Assembly (NCBI GenBank): GCA_039024555.1
Contig: JBCCQQ010000105.1
Span: 1-11,731, forward strand
Source of the DNA: Cyanobacteria bacterium P01_D01_bin.156
GTDB lineage: Bacteria; Cyanobacteriota; Cyanobacteriia; Phormidesmidales; Phormidesmidaceae
DNA length: 11,731 nt
Direction: 5' to 3'
A program made the position numbers and the translations under genes. The notes below the pieces were generated by a model. That model worked only from the letters and a program-made list of their open reading frames with translations, was not told where the DNA came from and did not search any database. Below are positions 8,148 through 11,731 of the stretch, piece after piece (within the stretch, counting starts at the first letter, position 1; each line of letters begins with the position of its first letter).

Positions 8148-8202
8148 GCCGTAGTAGACCCGGAGTAAAACCGGACTTCTCCAGGACTTTTCCAGGAGTT
8201 TG
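8148..8202. repeat. Five imperfect 11-bp phased direct repeats (candidate operator array)
   Basis: GCCGTAGTAGA, CCCGGAGTAAA, ACCGGACTTCT, CCAGGACTTTT, CCAGGAGTTTG; the GGA core sits at 8162, 8173, 8184 and 8195. Confidence 0.7.
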
Positions 8203-8299
8203 CTTAACCATGTCAAATGACGTGATTTTGTTGATTCAGGAGCATCACTTTCAGAAATCACCGATATACTGAAGGGCAAACTACTATGCAAGATGTCAC

Positions 8300-8647
8300 A
8301 TGTCGGATCGTACTCTCCAAGTTCATCCCAGCCGTATCGAAATAGTCAAAAAAGCTTACAAGACCAGTGGTCATACCAACCAAATTGAGTTTGCCAGAGA
8401 AGTTGGCTTCAGTGACGACGCCCTCAGGGCATTCTTGAATGGCAAACCCGTATATCGCGAAACCTTTATGAAATTCTGCGAAGCGCTGGAACTTGATCAC
8501 AAAGAGCTGCTTGGGGAAGCAGCACCTAATAACTCTTCAAATGCGACAACCGGCACACAGATTAATCAGTCTGTTGAAAACAATTATGGTTTTGTGATTG
8601 GCACTGTCGGTACGCTAAATCAGAACAACTCAGACAAAAGTTCTTAA
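8300..8647 (+). CDS. XRE-like HTH protein (resembling the N-terminal HTH of cyanobacterial STAND proteins) with C-terminal amyloid-like motif
   Basis: RTLQV...QIEFAREVGFS..AL.AFLNGKPV..ETF.KFCEALELD HTH pattern, low-complexity N/S linker, then QINQSVENNYGFVIGTVGTL. Confidence 0.85.
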   Translation: MSDRTLQVHPSRIEIVKKAYKTSGHTNQIEFAREVGFSDDALRAFLNGKPVYRETFMKFCEALELDHKELLGEAAPNNSSNATTGTQINQSVENNYGFVIGTVGTLNQNNSDKSS

Positions 8648-8683
8648 CGCCCACAAACAGTCCACAAAACCGAGTACAAATCA

Positions 8684-9319
8684 CTACAGCTTGTGTCCTA
8701 TCCAAACAACTTTACCCATAATGCTTAGACTACTGGGCCTATCCGACAATTCAATTGAAAAAGTCTCATAAGCAGGATTGTCACTGAGCACTTGAAGCGT
8801 ATTATCTACCCAATATTGCAATCGCTTGATCAGCAATCGATCCCCCAACTTAAGCAAGTAAACCCCGTGGTCAATGGCATCCAGGTCTCGGATATTGGTG
8901 TCTACCAAGATCAAATCGCCGACATTCAGCGTGGGCTCCATGCTTTCATCCTTGACCTGAGTCAGGAGAAGATTTTCAAATGAAGTTGGAAACTGGGCCT
9001 TTAGCCAATCTGCCTCAAAAGCCAAGGTTTCTTTGTAAATGTATTTCTGAGCGAGAATATCCGTTGAGTTTTCGGAAGCTGTCTGCCCGGCTGCCAACCA
9101 CTCCAGACTGACGTCAGCGGCGCGGGCAATAGCGAGAAGCACAGGTCGGGTTGGCTCACTTTGCCCATTAAGATACTGGCGCAGTACCGTATCCGAGAAA
9201 CCGCACTCACGGGCAAAACCTCGAATGCTTTTATCTCCAACTGCTTTTTTCAATCGACTGGGAAAATCATCAGACTCGTTAACATCAGACTGCTTCTTTT
9301 TGGATGATGGATTACTCAT
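8684..9319 (-). CDS. CI/LexA-like repressor (XRE HTH + S24 peptidase-like domain)
   Basis: HTH SIRGFARECGFSDTVLRQYLNGQSEP...WLAAG; S24 motifs ESMEPTL..GD.ILVD (Ser) and LLIKRL (Lys), LSDNPAY, I.GKVVW. Confidence 0.92.
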   Translation of the reverse strand: MSNPSSKKKQSDVNESDDFPSRLKKAVGDKSIRGFARECGFSDTVLRQYLNGQSEPTRPVLLAIARAADVSLEWLAAGQTASENSTDILAQKYIYKETLAFEADWLKAQFPTSFENLLLTQVKDESMEPTLNVGDLILVDTNIRDLDAIDHGVYLLKLGDRLLIKRLQYWVDNTLQVLSDNPAYETFSIELSDRPSSLSIMGKVVWIGHKL

Positions 9320-9349
9320 AAGGCATCAGCATATTGTCAACGACTGCAA

Positions 9350-9378
9350 ATTATAGCGCTTGACATGCAATTTTTTAA
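9350..9378 (-). promoter_or_regulatory. Leftward promoter for the repressor gene
   Basis: Perfect TATAAT on minus strand (9355-9350); TTAAAA 17 bp upstream (9378-9373); overlaps the rightward promoter. Confidence 0.55.
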
Positions 9379-9388
9379 TTGCTAATTT
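9360..9388 (+). promoter_or_regulatory. Rightward sigma70-type promoter for the ner-xis(-rep) operon, with a palindrome in the spacer
   Basis: TTGACA (9360-9365), 17-bp spacer, TG-c-TAATTT (9383-9388). The spacer holds GCAATT-TTTT-AATTGC (9367-9382). Confidence 0.75.
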
Positions 9389-9419
9389 CATCGGTATGTT
9401 GATGTAGCTTTGTAATCTT

Positions 9420-9719
9420 ATGCACGTAGAAGATATTAAAGCAGCTTTGCGAAAACAAGGCTGGACTTTGGCAAGCATTGCCAAAGAGTTAGAGATTGGC
9501 CCCTCGGCTGTCTCCCACGCTTTGACCAGACAGCGCTCTCGCCGGATTGAGCGCGTGATTGCGAGCAAGCTTGGGCTTGCCCCCCGAGAGATATGGCCCC
9601 AACGATACAAAGGAGGAAAAGCTCGTGAGCGAATTTGTCAGCAAACAGGAGGCATTGGAATATCTCAAACTCAGCAGCACCACTCTGAAAAAGTACCGCT
9701 TGAAAGGGTTGCTGGTTGA
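9420..9719 (+). CDS. Ner/Nlp-family (phage Mu Ner-like) DNA-binding protein
   Basis: MHVEDIKAALRKQG.TL...SHAL...ERVIA.KLG..PREIWPQRY follows the Ner pattern (H.ADI.AALRK.G ... EIWPSRY); divergent from the CI-like gene. Confidence 0.88.
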   Translation: MHVEDIKAALRKQGWTLASIAKELEIGPSAVSHALTRQRSRRIERVIASKLGLAPREIWPQRYKGGKARERICQQTGGIGISQTQQHHSEKVPLERVAG

Positions 9720-9921
9720 AGGCATCCATTGGGTTCGCATTAATAGTCGCTGCATTCGCTACAACCAGGAACTGATCAAAGACTGGGTACAAAATCGTCA
9801 CGATCCGGCAGCCCATCAACGAGCCATCGAGATTTATCAAGCCGGTTTACTCAGCAACCAAATCAAGTCATCTAAAGCGACTGTAAAATCGCGCTCCAGG
9901 CCCCCAGTCAAGCACCATTGA
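9625..9921 (+). CDS. Excisionase-like/MerR-type winged-helix DNA-binding protein (GTG start)
   Basis: Same frame as track ORF 9559-9921, but SD AGGAGG (9611-9616) precedes GTG at 9625. FVSKQEALEYLKLSSTTLKKYR..G.L.EGIHW...RYN...IKDW is Xis-like. Confidence 0.75.
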   Translation: MSEFVSKQEALEYLKLSSTTLKKYRLKGLLVEGIHWVRINSRCIRYNQELIKDWVQNRHDPAAHQRAIEIYQAGLLSNQIKSSKATVKSRSRPPVKHH

Positions 9922-9986
9922 CAACTGCACGTTTCATCACGTTGTTGATGGCTTCATCGAGCTATATCCAGAATTAAACGCTCAAT

Positions 9987-10019
9987 AAAAAACACCCAGC
10001 TGATTACCAGTTAGGGTGT
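9987..10019 (-). terminator. Intrinsic terminator on the antisense strand
   Basis: Minus strand ACACCCTAACTG-GTAAT-CAGCTGGGTG hairpin followed by TTTTTT. Confidence 0.55.
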
Positions 10020-10117
10020 CTGACCGTGAACTTTAGTTTTTCGAGCTGGGTTAATTTACTTTTCTGATTGGTTTTACCAGAACCGACCAGGCCATTAACC
10101 TGCTACTAAATTTGTGT
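9987..10117 (-). ncRNA. Candidate counter-transcribed antisense RNA upstream of the replication gene
   Basis: Minus-strand promoter TAGACA (10151-10146), 16 bp, TGc-TATAGT (10129-10124), plus the minus-strand terminator at 9987-10019. The 5' end is approximate. Confidence 0.45.
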
Positions 10118-10237
10118 TCTTCAACTATAGCAAACTAGCTCAAAATGTCTACAAAGATAGGACCCTCATCAATATAAATTGAGCCCAGTAGCAGGTCCAG
10201 ATGGATAGCCCAGCTCCCAACCCATCAGGAGCTGACC

Positions 10238-11731
10238 ATGGCACAGTACCAATATTCAGGCCGATCGCATCCCTGCCCGATCTGCGATCGCACCAAAGAT
10301 CAAGACTGCCGCTGGAATGAGGAGGTGGTCTTCTGCCACACCCACATTGATCAGGACGTACAGGTAGCGGGCTACGTCTACCGGGGCGTAACCGCTGATG
10401 GCCTGTGGGGACAATACTTCGCAGCGGCTGCCGAGCCCGCCAAGCCGGTGCGGCCCCGCCGCAAACAGGACTATTTCTACCCCAGTCGGGACGGTCAACC
10501 ATTGGTGAGGGTGACCCGAGTGGATCAGGGCAATGGCTCGAAGTATTTTGTGCAGCAGCGCTGGGATGGGCAACATTGGATCAAGGGGCTTACCCCAGAG
10601 GTGAAGCAGCAGGTACCGATCTATCGCTATCGGGAAGTGCAGGGTGCGATCGCAGCCGGACGCCCTATTTGGATGGTGGAAGGAGAAGGTTGCGCTGATG
10701 CACTCTGGCAACTGGGGGTTCCGGCGACGACGACCCTGGGTGGGTCCAAAAAATATCGCAGCTATGGGAACTATAACGCGGATCTGAAGGACGCTCGCCT
10801 GGTGCTGTGCCCCGATCAGGATCAGGTGGGGCTGGCCCACATGGCGGAGGTCTATCAGGATTTTCCCCAGGCGCAGTGGTGCTATGTCTACCCGGATAGC
10901 TGGCGCTGGCAGAATTTGCCCAAGCATGGCGGTCTGGATATTGCTGATTGGATTGCGGATGGGGCGACGGCGGAACAGATTCGGGCAGCGGTGGGGGCGC
11001 GGCGACAGCTTGACCCGCCAGGGGCCAACCAATCCCTGGATGTGCCAGCGCTCCAGGCCCAGATTCGGGATTATCTGGCCCAGGCCCCCTCGGAGCTGGA
11101 GCTATCGGGGCAGGTGGTGCAGTGGCATCGGGAGGTGGGGCTCTCGGCCAGAGATCTGTGGAGTTTGATTAAGCCGATCCAGGCGGAGCTGGAGCAGACA
11201 GAAGAAAGAGATGATCGCATCGCTGAAATCAGTCAGCTCTTAAAGATTGGGGATTATGAGTTACAGCTCAACGACTATCTCCACCCCGACCTGGCGGAAC
11301 CGCTGACTCGTATTGCCAACTGGATTGGGGCCACCCCAGCGGCCATGCTGGTGACCCTGCTGCCGGTGGCGGCATCCCTGCTGCAGATGGGGACGGAGTT
11401 GGAAATTGATGCAGGGATGGGCTTCTATGTGCCGCCGATTCTGTTTACCGGGCTGGTGGCCCCCTCGGGTAGTAAGAAGAGCCCCATCCAGCGGCAGATT
11501 CTGAAGCCCCTATCACGATTGCAGGAAGAGGCAGATCAGGACTATGACTGGGCGGTTTCAGAGTATGAGGTGGAGCTGCGAGAGTGGGAGCTGACGAAGA
11601 AGGAGGACAGGTGCGATCGCCCCCGGAAACCCACCCCACGGGAGTATCACACCTCGGATGCGACTCGAGAGGCACTGGCGCGAATTCAGTCGCAGCAGCC
11701 GACGCGGGGGATTTTGGTGACGCCGGATGAG
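10238..11731 (+). CDS. Replication protein: Zn-finger + TOPRIM primase + DUF3987/YfjI-like NTPase (3' truncated by window end)
   Basis: Hand-translated open frame from ATG 10238 (SD AGGAG 10227-10231): CPICDRTKDQDC...FCH Zn finger; WMVEGEGCADAL and LCPDQD TOPRIM motifs; GLDIADW; LVAPSGSKKSP P-loop-like; SDATREAL; GILVTPDE. Not in the ORF track because no stop falls inside the window. Confidence 0.9.
   Translation, partial: MAQYQYSGRSHPCPICDRTKDQDCRWNEEVVFCHTHIDQDVQVAGYVYRGVTADGLWGQYFAAAAEPAKPVRPRRKQDYFYPSRDGQPLVRVTRVDQGNGSKYFVQQRWDGQHWIKGLTPEVKQQVPIYRYREVQGAIAAGRPIWMVEGEGCADALWQLGVPATTTLGGSKKYRSYGNYNADLKDARLVLCPDQDQVGLAHMAEVYQDFPQAQWCYVYPDSWRWQNLPKHGGLDIADWIADGATAEQIRAAVGARRQLDPPGANQSLDVPALQAQIRDYLAQAPSELELSGQVVQWHREVGLSARDLWSLIKPIQAELEQTEERDDRIAEISQLLKIGDYELQLNDYLHPDLAEPLTRIANWIGATPAAMLVTLLPVAASLLQMGTELEIDAGMGFYVPPILFTGLVAPSGSKKSPIQRQILKPLSRLQEEADQDYDWAVSEYEVELREWELTKKEDRCDRPRKPTPREYHTSDATREALARIQSQQPTRGILVTPDE

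Larger units (their letters stand above)
201..11731. mobile_element. tRNA-integrated mobile element (phage-satellite/PICI-like or integrative plasmid), left part
   Basis: Integrase directly downstream of a tRNA, then cargo, CI/Ner divergent switch, Xis-like gene and primase-NTPase. The right att site is not in the window. Confidence 0.85.

Noticed and set aside
8148..8202. Repeat array as a CRISPR array or replication iterons
   Set aside because: The units are only 11 bp, have no spacers, are degenerate, and are far from the rep gene.
8094..8291. 65-aa minus-strand ORF across the HTH/MACPF intergenic region
   Set aside because: No SD or motif, and it overlaps the candidate promoter and operator array.
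8300..8647. HTH gene as the broken-off 5' piece of the NLR gene (pseudogene)
   Set aside because: It lies downstream rather than upstream of the NLR, has its own start and stop, and both proteins keep a diverged copy of the motif.
8651..8680. ACAAA repeats between the HTH and repressor stop codons
   Set aside because: Short, low-complexity and irregularly spaced.
9335..9340. Minus-strand TTGACA as the -35 of the repressor promoter
   Set aside because: The matching -10 position reads GAGTAA and falls inside the coding sequence.
9559..9624. Upstream start of the xis-like ORF given by the track
   Set aside because: It lies inside the Ner core; GTG at 9625 has a strong SD and starts the recognisable domain.
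9918..9946. TTGACA at the end of xis as a rep promoter
   Set aside because: No acceptable -10 at 16-18 bp spacing.
10149..11675. Track ORFs 10149-10502, 10256-11032, 10405-10698, 10884-11168 and 11445-11675
   Set aside because: Shadows of the primase-NTPase frame starting at 10238.

Overview
Left end of a cyanobacterial integrative element (phage-satellite/PICI-like or integrated plasmid) that starts right after a tRNA-Pro(CGG) gene. The backbone is a tyrosine integrase, a divergent CI-like repressor / Ner-like switch, an excisionase-like HTH, and a Zn-finger-TOPRIM primase fused to a DUF3987-like NTPase. That last gene runs off the window and is missing from the ORF track. The cargo between integrase and repressor looks like one coherent and possibly undescribed signalling system with three parts. 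(i) An nSTAND1-WD40 NLR-like receptor whose only N-terminal module is a short N/Q/G-rich amyloid-like motif. (ii) A stand-alone HTH protein with a matching motif at its C-terminus. (iii) A divergently transcribed small membrane ORF plus a MACPF-like pore-former fused to a tail-fibre-like region, preceded by a phased 11-bp repeat array. Working hypothesis: NLR activation templates amyloid assembly of a transcription factor, which switches on the pore-forming toxin. Also seen are a three-copy CATC-N4-TGTTGATG operator-like motif and a candidate counter-transcribed RNA upstream of the replication gene. All family calls come from motif recognition by eye; no database searches were run.
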